Below are positions 9,342 to 18,908 of a DNA stretch of 62,105 nt, one piece after another (position 1 is the first letter of the stretch; each line of letters starts with the position of its first letter). The notes under the pieces were generated by a model that did not search any database, was not told where the DNA came from, and saw only the letters and a list, made by a program, of their open reading frames with translations. Source of the DNA: Dehalococcoidia bacterium (GTDB lineage: Bacteria; Chloroflexota; Dehalococcoidia; Lucifugimonadales; UBA3495). The stretch lies in assembly GCA_034428715.1 (NCBI GenBank), contig DAOUHE010000175.1, forward strand, positions 1-62,105, read 5' to 3'. Made by a program: the position numbers and the translations under genes.

Positions 9342-10208
9342 ATGTACGCGGCCGAATTTGATTACTACAAGGCCGGCTCGGTTGCCGACGCTTTACAGTT
9401 GCTGGGCTCCCATGAAGGGGCCAAGCTCATCGCCGGAGGACATAGCCTGATCCCATTGCTGAAGTTGCGGCTGGCCCGGCCTTCGGCATTGATCGACATC
9501 GGCGGTATCGCCGATCTCAAAGGGATCAGCGTAAACAACGGGACCATACGAATCGGCCCGTTGACGACTCATGGAGAAATAGCAGGCTCCACAGAGATTG
9601 AAAATGCCTGCGGCATAGCCGCCGAAGCAGCCGGAGGCATCGGCGACACCCAGGTCAGAAACCGGGGCACCATCGGCGGCAACGTGGTCCATGGGGACCC
9701 GGCCTCGGATTGGGGCACCGTGCTGACGGCAATGAACGCCAGTTTCGCCATTCAAGGCAGCGGAAGCCGTACCGTCGCCGCGGACGACTTTTTCCAGGGC
9801 GTGTTCGCCACCGCTTTAGGCGAAGGCGAGATCCTGACCGGGATTGAGATGCCGGTACTGACGTCCAACCAACATGCTGAGTACGCCAAGATGGCCCATC
9901 CAGCCACCGGATTTGCCGTGGTGGGCGCCGCGGTGGTGGTCACCGTGGACAATGGCATTTGCACGGCCGCCAGCATAGCGGTGGGTGGATTGGTGCCGTC
10001 TCCGTTGCGGGTCAAATCCGTGGAAACGGCCTTGATCGGCAAAGAACTGACGGCTGAGGCGATTGCGTCGGCAGCGGAAAATGTCGCCGCGGATGTGGGA
10101 GATGACGCGATCGGAGACTTTTTCGCTTCGGCCGAATATCGCAAGGTCATAGCCGGGATCGAGGTCAAGCACGCCCTCAACCATGCCATGGGCTTCGCCC
10201 ACCACTGA
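9342..10208 (+). CDS. coxM: FAD-binding medium subunit
   Basis: AKLIAGGHSLIPLLKLRLARP, QVRNRGTIGGN, ASAEYRK. Confidence 0.92.
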   Translation: MYAAEFDYYKAGSVADALQLLGSHEGAKLIAGGHSLIPLLKLRLARPSALIDIGGIADLKGISVNNGTIRIGPLTTHGEIAGSTEIENACGIAAEAAGGIGDTQVRNRGTIGGNVVHGDPASDWGTVLTAMNASFAIQGSGSRTVAADDFFQGVFATALGEGEILTGIEMPVLTSNQHAEYAKMAHPATGFAVVGAAVVVTVDNGICTAASIAVGGLVPSPLRVKSVETALIGKELTAEAIASAAENVAADVGDDAIGDFFASAEYRKVIAGIEVKHALNHAMGFAHH

Positions 10209-10283
10209 GGGATGATTGATTAAGATCATGAGATTTTCGCGGGACCTACTTGAAGGTCCCGCATCCGGCATGTCGTACCCCGT

Positions 10284-11138
10284 TTGAAGATACTCCTCAC
10301 CAACGATGATGGCATCGATGCTCCCGGTCTCTGGGCGGCGGTCAGGTCCCTCCGGCAAGTGGGAGAGGTTCGCGTCGTCGCCCCCCTTCACGAGCAGAGC
10401 GGAGTGGGCGCAGCTCTGACGCTTCACGCCCCGGTGGAGGTGCGAGAGGAATCCATCGACCCAAAACTCGCGGGCGAAGGCCCCGATCTGTTTGATGTCA
10501 TTGCCTATTCGGTGGACGGAACTCCCGCCGACAGTTGTGTTGTTGCTTTGGAAAAGGTTGTTGGCAAGGTGGATCTGGTGGTTTCGGGGATCAACGCCGG
10601 GTCCAACACCGGATGGGATGTCATTGTGTCGGGAACGGTGGGCGCCGCGCTGCAGGGTTATTTCCGCGGATACAACACCATCGCAATCTCCGTCGGCGGC
10701 GTCAGAACCCCCATTTTCGACGGTGCGGCGCGGCTGGTGGGCTTGATCGCCAAACGGATGGACGAGCAGCGGGACGAACTTGCGGCGCAGGACCACTTTT
10801 TATTGAACGTCAACGTCCCTAACGTGACCTTGGATAAGATCGCTGGCTTGAAGGTCACCACGTTGGGTGGCAGGTCCTACGGCGAATCAGTAACTGACCG
10901 GCCCGGTGGCCCCAATGGCGGCGCTGATGATAAAAAGCGTTATCAGATCTCCCGTAACGTGCCCATGTCTGCCAACGTGATGGAGGGCTCGGACATATGG
11001 GCGTTGAAGAATAACCACGTGTCTATCACCCCTCTGCACATTGCCCTGGGCCATTTTGAGCGGATGCCCGAGGTGCAAGAACTGGTTTCCGGATTGTCCG
11101 ATCAATTGTTGACCACGGACGCCTCACCGCTTTTCTAA
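10284..11138 (+). CDS. surE: 5'/3'-nucleotidase SurE
   Basis: MKILLTNDDGIDAPG, SGINAGSN...SGTVGAA. Confidence 0.93.
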   Translation: MKILLTNDDGIDAPGLWAAVRSLRQVGEVRVVAPLHEQSGVGAALTLHAPVEVREESIDPKLAGEGPDLFDVIAYSVDGTPADSCVVALEKVVGKVDLVVSGINAGSNTGWDVIVSGTVGAALQGYFRGYNTIAISVGGVRTPIFDGAARLVGLIAKRMDEQRDELAAQDHFLLNVNVPNVTLDKIAGLKVTTLGGRSYGESVTDRPGGPNGGADDKKRYQISRNVPMSANVMEGSDIWALKNNHVSITPLHIALGHFERMPEVQELVSGLSDQLLTTDASPLF

Positions 11139-11147
11139 TCCAGGTTT

Positions 11148-12278
11148 CTATTTCCCAACCAGCAGAGAAGCCAACAACGCCGTCCTATGGGGCAGAGCTG
11201 TAACCGAGATGTGTTCGTGGCCGGCGTGAGGGCCTTCTCCCACTCCCCCTAGGCCGTCCAATACTGGGATCCCGGCGGCGGCGGCAAATTGGGCGTCGGG
11301 GCCGCCACCCACGTGGGCCTCTTCCAGTTCTATGCCCACGGGGCCGGCAATCTTTCTGGCCCACTCCAGCAACCGGCCAGTGGCCTCGGTCTTCTCCATC
11401 GGCGGCCGATTCAATCCGCCGGTGATCTCTACCTTTGCTCCGGGCAGGTTGGCGGTAAGGCCCATTATCTCCCGGGTGACCCGTTCGGCTTCGGCTGCCG
11501 TGGCAACTCTGAGATCGACCATGGCTTCAGCGTTGGGCGCTACCTGGTTTCTCACCGCGCCGCCCTGCATCACTCCCACGTTGACGGTGGTGCCAATGGC
11601 CAGGTTGGTGAGTTTGTGCAACGCCAGGACCTGGTGGGCCATCTCCTCGTTGGCGCTGATGCCTTTCTCAGGCTCGTTTCCCGCGTGGGCGGCCCGGCCC
11701 GTCACCTTTACTTGGAACATGCCCACGCCCTTGCGTCAGATCTTCAGCGCGCCAGTGGGGCCGGCGCCAGGCTCCAGGCAGAAAACGTGGGTGCTCCTTT
11801 TCGCTTCTAGCTCGATTAGGAGGCGGGAGGTAGGGCTGCCCACCTCTTCGTCGGAATTAAAGAGCAGCCTCACCCGCTGTTGGGTCTTCAGTTTAAGGCT
11901 GCGAATCGCCTTCAGGGCGTGGATGCTGTTGGCTATCCCGGCCTTCATGTCCAAAATCCCCGGTCCGTAGGCAAGCCCGTTCTCGATCTAGAACGGCCTG
12001 ACTTTGAGTGTCCCCTTGGGCCAGACTGTGTCCATATGGCAGAGGATCAACACCTGCTCGTCTCCGTCGCCCCAGTCGGCTATCAGGTGGTTACCGGCCT
12101 CGTCTTGATTGACGGTCTGAACCGCGGCGCCCAATTCCTCGAATTGGTCTCTGATGTATGCGCTCAAGGCGTCAACCCCGGCCTTGTCGGCGCTGAACGA
12201 TTCCAGTTCAACCATTTCCCGCAGGGTGGCGAGGATCTCATTGGCGTGGTCTTGGGCATAATCGAGTAGCTCTTACAT
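11148..12278 (-). pseudogene. M20 family metallopeptidase (glutamate carboxypeptidase-like) pseudogene
   Basis: One reading frame with three stops: TAA at codon 2 (12273-12275), TAG (11988-11990), TGA (11736-11738). Motifs CHMDTVW, GPGILDMKAG, SDEEVGS, GRAAHAG and GPHAGHE are retained. Confidence 0.88.
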
Positions 12279-12292
12279 ACAAATAAATTCCT

Positions 12293-12616
12293 TCAGGCCA
12301 TTCCTAATTCGGCCAGCGGTCCATCCAGGCTCTCCCCGGCCGCTTGCATATTTATGATCTGCTGCTGTAGGGCGTAAGCGGAGGCTTCGAAGGGGTGCAA
12401 GGGAGTTCGCGCTCCTAGGAAAAACGGTTTCATAAGCAGGTATGCGGCATACCAGGGTAAAACTCCCCAGCGCATTGCGTGACGCCAGTGGAACCATTCA
12501 TGGCAGCGTAGGGGCAGGTCGTTCTGGCTGCCGCGGCGGTAGATGATGAAGGGCCAAAGGGTCATGGCGTCGACGCCCTTTTGCAGGGCAGGTACGGTAA
12601 ACTCAATTGGCTTCAC
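12293..12616 (-). CDS. Small hypothetical protein with HEXXH zincin-like motif
   Basis: AMTLWPFII...HEWFH...HPFEASAY. Confidence 0.65.
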   Translation of the reverse strand: MKPIEFTVPALQKGVDAMTLWPFIIYRRGSQNDLPLRCHEWFHWRHAMRWGVLPWYAAYLLMKPFFLGARTPLHPFEASAYALQQQIINMQAAGESLDGPLAELGMA

Positions 12617-12623
12617 GGGCAGA

Positions 12624-13283
12624 TCAGGTTCCGGCTATGGCGGCGGCGGGAGACTTGGCGTGGGTGACGCCGATCATGGATTCTAGCGTTACCAGCTTTG
12701 CCAGCTCTTCTTCGCTCATGTTTTCGGTGCCTTCAGGGCGTTTGGGCAAAACCAGGTAGCGCATGTCGGCGCTGCTGTCCATCACCCGTACTTCCACTGA
12801 CTCGTCCAACTCGGTGCCAAACTCCCGCATGACCCCGCGGGGGTCGACGACCACCCGGGAGCGGTAGGCCAGGCCTTTGTACCAGTCGGGGGGACGGCCG
12901 ATAACTGCCCGGGGGAAGCACGAGCAGAGGGTGCAAACGCCCAGGTGGTGAACTTTGTCCGTGTTCTCCAGGACCCGCAGCCTGGGCGTGGTTTCGGCCA
13001 GCGCCACGCCGACCTCTTGGATGGCCGTCAAGGGGTCCGCAATCAACCGTTTTTTGTAATCGGGATCAACCCAGGCCCTGGCCACGATACGGGCGCCGTC
13101 TTCGGGGGTACGGGCGTCAATCTCGTCCGCCTTGGTCATGATATCGTTCAGGGTGCAAACGTCTTTTTCGATCAGGAGAGCCTGGATAGCCTCGGCCCGC
13201 CGGGAATAATAATCGGCGTGGTCTCCATGATTATGACCGCCGGGGTGTCCATTCTGGCTGTCGTGCTGGTGTTGATTGGCCAT
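12624..13283 (-). CDS. nthA: Nitrile hydratase alpha / thiocyanate hydrolase gamma-like subunit
   Basis: VARAWVDPDYK, metal-binding VCTLCSC, PDWYK..AYRSR, RYLVLPKRP. Confidence 0.93.
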   Translation of the reverse strand: MANQHQHDSQNGHPGGHNHGDHADYYSRRAEAIQALLIEKDVCTLNDIMTKADEIDARTPEDGARIVARAWVDPDYKKRLIADPLTAIQEVGVALAETTPRLRVLENTDKVHHLGVCTLCSCFPRAVIGRPPDWYKGLAYRSRVVVDPRGVMREFGTELDESVEVRVMDSSADMRYLVLPKRPEGTENMSEEELAKLVTLESMIGVTHAKSPAAAIAGT

Positions 13284-13304
13284 GATCTTCTCCTCGCGTC
13301 TTGC

Positions 13305-13616
13305 TCACTCGCCGGGTTCCAACCAGTTTTGGTAGATGTCGATGAGCAGTTTGTCGCCCGCTGGACCAGTGTAGTCTCCCCACAGGTCTTTCTGGACAAA
13401 CTCGACCCTATACAAGGGTTGCCGGGGCGCGCCTCCGCCGCCGTAAGCCAGCGATTCGGGGTTGGGATAGGAGCCCCAGAGGGCATCCACCCTGCCGGTC
13501 TTACCCTGAACGTACATGGGAGTCCGGTAGTGGGTTGGCGGGTTGCCCACGCGAACCAACACCCTGTCACCGGTCTTAAATCTGGCGGGATCGCCGGCAT
13601 TTTCGCGGGAAGCCAT
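13305..13616 (-). CDS. Nitrile hydratase beta subunit C-terminal (SH3-like) half, stand-alone
   Basis: RFKTGDRVLV...HYRTPMYVQGKTG...PQPLYRVEF..DLW...DIYQNWLEP. Confidence 0.88.
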   Translation of the reverse strand: MASRENAGDPARFKTGDRVLVRVGNPPTHYRTPMYVQGKTGRVDALWGSYPNPESLAYGGGGAPRQPLYRVEFVQKDLWGDYTGPAGDKLLIDIYQNWLEPGE

Positions 13617-13617
13617 G

Positions 13618-13920
13618 TTACCTGGTTTCCTTTTCCAGTTCAGACATCTTCCGGTCGATCTCCTCGGTCGTCATGATCCCTTGTTCCACCAACAGGGTTT
13701 CCATGGCGGCGGTCCATTTTTCGTAATAACTCAGAGTTTCGTATTGATCTTGGCTGAGACTTTCTATGGCCCGGCGAAGTTGATCAGTGTTTTTCAATCC
13801 CTTGTCCCCCAGCACGCTGCTTAGAGAGTCGACACGGCGTTCCCATTCATCCATATTGTGCTCGCTGCGGTCGATGGGGTCGTCGTTGGGCCAGCCTCCC
13901 CGGTCGTGGACTTTCGGCAT
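13618..13920 (-). CDS. Nitrile hydratase beta subunit N-terminal half, stand-alone
   Basis: VHDRGG...WERR...LRRAIE.L....Y...SYYEKW..A.E.LL.E.G. Confidence 0.88.
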   Translation of the reverse strand: MPKVHDRGGWPNDDPIDRSEHNMDEWERRVDSLSSVLGDKGLKNTDQLRRAIESLSQDQYETLSYYEKWTAAMETLLVEQGIMTTEEIDRKMSELEKETR

Positions 13921-13999
13921 GAGGTCCTCCGGTTTATGTCTAGGCTCGATTAATTGGACTGGATAACGATGTCATATTAAATCCGGGGGGAAGAAGTGT

Positions 14000-14812
14000 C
14001 TAGCTGCTCCGCCACATTTCGGCCACGTCCACCGCCCGCATGAATTCCACGTTGGAGAAGGTTTGGATGTACTGTATCAGCCGTTCCAGCATCAACAGCC
14101 GGCCCGGCCGGCCGATGTATTGGGGATGCATGGTCAGGGTGAAAGCCCGGCCGTAGCGGTAAAGCCCCTCGAACTCGGCGGCCCAGGTGCCGTAGACTTC
14201 GTCGGGATTTCGCATGGGGCCCAGACGGTTGGCGGAAGGCGCGTAGACGAAGTTGGGGGCATCGTCCAGCAGCCAATGTATTGGTATCTCCACCAGGCTT
14301 TGGGCGGTTTGCGGGTTCAAGACATAGGGCGCGTCATCTCCCATCAGGCTGCTGTCGTAGGTGAAGCCATGGGAGGTCAGGAGCTCTATGGAGTGCTCGC
14401 TTAGCTCCCAACTGGGTGAACGGTACCCGGTGGGGGCCTTTCCGGTGATGCCGCCCAAGATCGAGATTCCCCGTTTGAGGATCTCGTGTTCCTGGTCCGG
14501 CGTGAGGGTGGCCGGCGGCTCGTGCATATATCCGTGGTGGGCGATCTCGTGGCCCCGGCGGTCGATCTCCTTGACCATTTCGACGTGGGTTTCGGCCACG
14601 TAGCCAGGCACGTAGAAGCTGGCTTTGATAGAGTGCTCGTCCAGCAGGTCCAGTATCCTGGGGGTGGCCACGCTGGGGCCGTACTCGGCCATGGACATGA
14701 GGCTGGGCAGCTTCTGGTAGTCTGGATTTCGGTTGAGCCAGGATGAGACGCCGTCTACGTCGAATCCCAGCATGACCACGCATTGGATATCGCCGGGCCA
14801 GATGCCGGACAT
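14000..14812 (-). CDS. Polysaccharide deacetylase (CE4; PuuE/HpPgdA-like)
   Basis: GFDVDG, SFYVPG, HEIAHHGYMHE, GYRSPSW, LTMHPQYIGR. Confidence 0.88.
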   Translation of the reverse strand: MSGIWPGDIQCVVMLGFDVDGVSSWLNRNPDYQKLPSLMSMAEYGPSVATPRILDLLDEHSIKASFYVPGYVAETHVEMVKEIDRRGHEIAHHGYMHEPPATLTPDQEHEILKRGISILGGITGKAPTGYRSPSWELSEHSIELLTSHGFTYDSSLMGDDAPYVLNPQTAQSLVEIPIHWLLDDAPNFVYAPSANRLGPMRNPDEVYGTWAAEFEGLYRYGRAFTLTMHPQYIGRPGRLLMLERLIQYIQTFSNVEFMRAVDVAEMWRSS

Positions 14813-14831
14813 GGATGGCCTCCTCGAACTG

Positions 14832-16118
14832 CTATTGGGTCACGGTGGCTGGGATCGTTTCGAAGCCGGTGTATGGCCTCAAGACCTCGGGAATGGTCAC
14901 CGAGCCATCTGCTTGCTGGTTGTTCTCCAAGATTGCTATGACTATCCGGGGCAATGCTAGGCCGGAACCATTTAGGGTGTGGAGCAGCTCGGGACGGGCA
15001 TCGTCGGCCGGCCGGTATCTTAAGTGGGCGCGGCGGGCCTGGAAATCGGTGCAATTGGAGCAGGAGCTGACTTCAAGCCATTCCTGGCACCCCGCGGACC
15101 AGACCTCGATGTCGTAGGTTTTGGCGGAGGCGAAGCCCATGTCGCCGGTACAGAGCTGCAAGACCCGGTACGGCAGTTCAAGTCGGTGGCAGACGTCTTC
15201 GGCGTCAGCGACCAAACTCTCCAACTCTTCGGCCGATGTCTCGGGAGTCACCAGCTTGTACATCTCCACCTTGTTGAACTGGTGCACCCGCTTGATGCCC
15301 CGTGTATCCCGGCCGGCCGCTGACTTTTCATTGCGGTAGCAGGGAGTTTGGGCAACGTAATATATCGGCAAAGAGCCCGGAGGAAGGATATCATCCCGAT
15401 GAAGGTTGGTGATGGGCACTTCGGCGGTTGGGACCATCCAAAGGTCGCTCTCTTCGTCCCGGTACAGCGTGTCGATGAATTTGGGCAGGTTGCCTGAGCC
15501 CACCATCGTCTCGCGCTTCACCAAGGAGGGAATCATTACCTCGGTGTAGCCGTGGTCTTGGGTGTGGAGGTCCAACATCCAGCCGATGAGGGCCCGCTCC
15601 AGTTTGGCTCCGGCCCCGAACATGGTGTAGAACCGGCTGCCGGACAGCTTCACCCCTTTCTCAAAGTCGATGATTCCCAGACTTTCGCCCAGGTCCCAAT
15701 GGGGAATGGGAGTGAAGTCGAAGACCCTGGCTTCTCCCCATTCACGGATCACCACGTTGGCCGATTCGTCCAGGCCCTGGGGCACATCGGTCAATGGGAT
15801 ATTGGGAAGGGTGAGCAAAATACCGCTCAACTGGTCGTCCAGGTCTTTTACTTCCTGCTCCAACCGGCTGATGTCATCTCCCACCTTTCGCATCTCTTGG
15901 ATGGTCTCGGCGGGAGGCTCTTGACCGGCGGACCTGGCCTGGCCCACCTGGCGGCTAACCTGATTGCGGCGGCTCCGCAGTTCGTCTCCCTGGGCCACGG
16001 CCTGCCGGCGTTGGACGTCGATGTCCAGGATTTGATCCACCTGGTCTTTTTCGCCCCGGGATTCCAGCGCTTTTCGAACCAGGTCTGGGTATCGCCGAAT
16101 CAAATCAATTGATAGCAT
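14832..16118 (-). CDS. serS: Serine--tRNA ligase
   Basis: PTAEVP, YRNEKSAAGRDTRGIKRVHQFNKVE, EVSSCSNC.DFQARR, TLNGSGLA. Confidence 0.97.
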   Translation of the reverse strand: MLSIDLIRRYPDLVRKALESRGEKDQVDQILDIDVQRRQAVAQGDELRSRRNQVSRQVGQARSAGQEPPAETIQEMRKVGDDISRLEQEVKDLDDQLSGILLTLPNIPLTDVPQGLDESANVVIREWGEARVFDFTPIPHWDLGESLGIIDFEKGVKLSGSRFYTMFGAGAKLERALIGWMLDLHTQDHGYTEVMIPSLVKRETMVGSGNLPKFIDTLYRDEESDLWMVPTAEVPITNLHRDDILPPGSLPIYYVAQTPCYRNEKSAAGRDTRGIKRVHQFNKVEMYKLVTPETSAEELESLVADAEDVCHRLELPYRVLQLCTGDMGFASAKTYDIEVWSAGCQEWLEVSSCSNCTDFQARRAHLRYRPADDARPELLHTLNGSGLALPRIVIAILENNQQADGSVTIPEVLRPYTGFETIPATVTQ

Positions 16119-16136
16119 GTTTACCGAAGAGCCAAT

Positions 16137-16637
16137 CTACAAGTTCCCTTGTAGTTTTGAGTTTGGTGATTTCGAGAGGACGCGCGTGTTCGGCCTCTCG
16201 GCCTTATAACCAGTGGCGTCCCCTTTAGCCTGTTTCCCGGTTTTGTCTCCAAGATTTGGTTTTTCGCCGGGCTTCCCGCCGAGCACCCAGTATTCGAACT
16301 TATAACGGAGCCCGCATTCTCGAGACCGTAGCCATATCACACACCCGCCTGGTTTGTCAGCAAGCCTATTATTAACGGTTTGCCTACTTGTCTTAGCGTC
16401 TGCCCTTGAGCTCTATAGCTGGACGTAGCGAACGATGCCATCAAGGGCAAGTAAGAGGTCATATCCGTAATTATCGACCTCCGACCTTAGCACCTCCATC
16501 GTCTGGCGCTCGCCTATCCAGATCTCTTGTAGCAACTCGGAGATAAAAACGTGCTCCCGTAGCTTCTGCTGGAAACTAGATTCCCGATAATCAGATGTGC
16601 TATTGGGATTTATTGGAGGTTCATTGATGGTGGTCAT
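16137..16637 (-). pseudogene. PD-(D/E)XK nuclease-like gene interrupted by in-frame TAG
   Basis: EHVFISELLQ...EVDNYGYDLLL...RYVQL*(16413-16415)SS; the frame continues into the 16137..16340 ORF; the start overlaps the lysS stop. Confidence 0.7.
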
Positions 16638-18157
16638 GTGGAAGTTCCTCCTTCAGGGCTGTCCTCCTTCGTCCGCATCTGCGGGAATAGCACAACATCC
16701 CGTATGGAGGGCTGGCCCGCCAGAAGCATCACCAGCCGGTCTATGCCCATGCCCAACCCGCCGGTGGGGGGCATGCCGTATTCCATCGCTAGCAAAAAAT
16801 CTTCGTCTTTGCGATCCAATTCTTCGTCCTGGTTTTGGGTGCGGATGTCTTCCTGCAGGTCGAACCGCTCCCGCTGTAGCTGGGGATCGTTGAGCTCTGT
16901 ATAAGAGTTAGCGATCTCCATGCCCGCCGCGAAGGCTTCAAACCGCTCCACATAACCCGGCACTCCCGGTTTGGACTTGGCCAGGGGGGACATGATCTCG
17001 GGATAGTCCAGCAGAAAGGTGGGTTGCACCAGGTGGGGCTCAACGAAGGTGGAGATCAGTTTGTCGATGATGCGGCCTCTTCCCTCTCGTTGGCCGATAT
17101 CGACACCGGCCTCGGCCGCCCGCCGCGCCAGGTCTTCGTCGCCGGGAAATGCGTCGATGTCGATGCCGCTGCGTTGGATCAGGGCTTCCCGGAGGTGCAC
17201 CCGCTGCCAGGGAGGCGTGAAGTCGATGGCCTGGTCCTTAAAAGATACGCTCATCGTCCCGTTGACCTGAACGGCCACGCTGGAGACTAGCTCCTCCACC
17301 ATGGTCATCACGTCGTTGTAATCGGCGTATGCCTCGTAGCTCTCCAGCAGGGTGAACTCGGGGTTGTGGTCCTGATCCACGCCCTCGTTGCGGAAGACCC
17401 GGCCCAATTCGTAGACCTTGTCGAAGCCGCCGATGATCAGCCGTTTCAGGTAGAGTTCGGTGGCGATCCGCAGGTAAAGCTGCTGGTCCAACGCGTTGTG
17501 GTGAGTCACAAACGGCCGGGCGTGGGCGCCGGCCGCCACCGGAACCAGCACCGGAGTATCTACTTCCAGGAACCCGCGTTGGTTGAGGAAATCCCGTATG
17601 CCGCTGATTATCTTGCTGCGAATGGCGAAGACGGGCATTATCTCTGGGTTGGCAATGAGGTCCAGGTACCTCTGGCGGTAGCGGGTTTCCAGATCCCGCA
17701 GACCGTGGTACTTCTCGGGCAGAGGCCGCATTCCCTTGGCGGTCAAGACGATCTGGTGGGCCTCTATGGTGACCTGGCCGGTGCGGGTGCGGATCATCGG
17801 GCCGGTGACCCCCAAATGGTCTCCGACGTCTAGGTCCCGGAGCAAGTCATAGCCGTCAGCCAGCACGTTTTGACGCAACAACGCCTGAACTGAGCCCGAG
17901 GCGTCTTGAAGGTCTAGAAACGCCGCCCGGCCCATGGTACGCATGGACACGATTCGCCCGGCCAGGGAGATATGGGGAGAATCCGCCGCGGTCTCTCCAT
18001 CACCCAGCGCCGCTTCGGCCGCCTCGAAACCGGCGATGGCCGTGGTGGCGTCGCATGTCTTGTGAAAACGTGGAGGATATGGGTCGACACCACTTTGCCG
18101 AAGGCGGTCGAGTTTGACTTGGCGGCTGGCTAGTAGACCATCTTCTCGGTCGGGCAT
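16634..18157 (-). CDS. lysS: Lysine--tRNA ligase (class II)
   Basis: GRIVSMRTMGRAAF OB fold, YRQRYLDL, FRNEG...HNPEFT, EYGMPPTGGLGMGIDRL. Confidence 0.97.
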   Translation of the reverse strand: MPDREDGLLASRQVKLDRLRQSGVDPYPPRFHKTCDATTAIAGFEAAEAALGDGETAADSPHISLAGRIVSMRTMGRAAFLDLQDASGSVQALLRQNVLADGYDLLRDLDVGDHLGVTGPMIRTRTGQVTIEAHQIVLTAKGMRPLPEKYHGLRDLETRYRQRYLDLIANPEIMPVFAIRSKIISGIRDFLNQRGFLEVDTPVLVPVAAGAHARPFVTHHNALDQQLYLRIATELYLKRLIIGGFDKVYELGRVFRNEGVDQDHNPEFTLLESYEAYADYNDVMTMVEELVSSVAVQVNGTMSVSFKDQAIDFTPPWQRVHLREALIQRSGIDIDAFPGDEDLARRAAEAGVDIGQREGRGRIIDKLISTFVEPHLVQPTFLLDYPEIMSPLAKSKPGVPGYVERFEAFAAGMEIANSYTELNDPQLQRERFDLQEDIRTQNQDEELDRKDEDFLLAMEYGMPPTGGLGMGIDRLVMLLAGQPSIRDVVLFPQMRTKEDSPEGGTST

Positions 18158-18271
18158 ATTTTGTAGGACTCTCTGGCCGAATACCTGGCAGGTTGCCGAG
18201 CGGCCCGCCATGTGGGTGATTGATTTGCGGACCAGGGCGCCGGCGTTGAGCATATGCCCAAGCCTCCACCC

Positions 18272-18730
18272 TCAGAGGATGGACAGGATCTCGAGTTTCA
18301 TCTTTCCAGATGGAGCGTTGACTTCGGTGTTCTCCCCCACCTTTTTGCCCAATAGACTCTTGCCCATGGGGGAAACGTTGGAAATCTTGCCTTGTGAGGG
18401 ATCTGCTTCGGCGCTGCCGGTTATGGTGTATTTGGAGGTCTTGCCGTTTGGGTTCTTCACCGTCACCGTGGCGCCCACTTCTACGACGTCACGTTTTTCT
18501 TGGGATTCATCGATGATGATCGCGCTGTTTACCAGGAATTCCAGGGTCAATATCCGGCCTTCGGTGAAGGCGAGTTCGTTCTTAGCCTCTTCGTACTCGG
18601 CGTCGCCACCCCGCTCCCGGGAAAGCTGGATTTTTTCCGCTGCATGTTGGCGGCCCGCCAATCTAAGGTCATCCAGCTCGGCCTGAAGTTTCTTCAGCCC
18701 TTCTCTCGAGAGGTAAGTGGGCTGAGGCAT
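18272..18730 (-). CDS. greA: Transcription elongation factor GreA
   Basis: LSREGLKKLQAEL...EYEEAK...EGRI...ISNVSPMGKSLLG. Confidence 0.93.
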   Translation of the reverse strand: MPQPTYLSREGLKKLQAELDDLRLAGRQHAAEKIQLSRERGGDAEYEEAKNELAFTEGRILTLEFLVNSAIIIDESQEKRDVVEVGATVTVKNPNGKTSKYTITGSAEADPSQGKISNVSPMGKSLLGKKVGENTEVNAPSGKMKLEILSIL

Positions 18731-18879
18731 GGTAATACCCTCCGAGTAAAACCCCTCGGGAAAACAAGGGAGGAAAACAGCGTACCTCCGCCGTTTCCCC
18801 TTCCTCAAATTCTAGTCCCACTACCATGGCTTGTAAAGCGGGGCGATAAAGAACTGAGCTGGTCTTTGGGGCTCCTATA

Positions 18880-18908
18880 TTGACAATATATTTGCCATTC
18901 ATTATTAT
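18880..18908 (+). promoter_or_regulatory. Sigma70-type promoter TTGACA-17bp-TATTAT, with the -35 box inside a 15-bp palindrome (18876-18890)
   Basis: Read directly: TTGACA 18880-18885, TATTAT 18903-18908, TATATTGACAATATA palindrome. Confidence 0.6.

Noticed and set aside
18731-18880. T-box leader for greA-lysS-serS
   Set aside because: No T-box consensus or terminator/antiterminator seen on the minus strand
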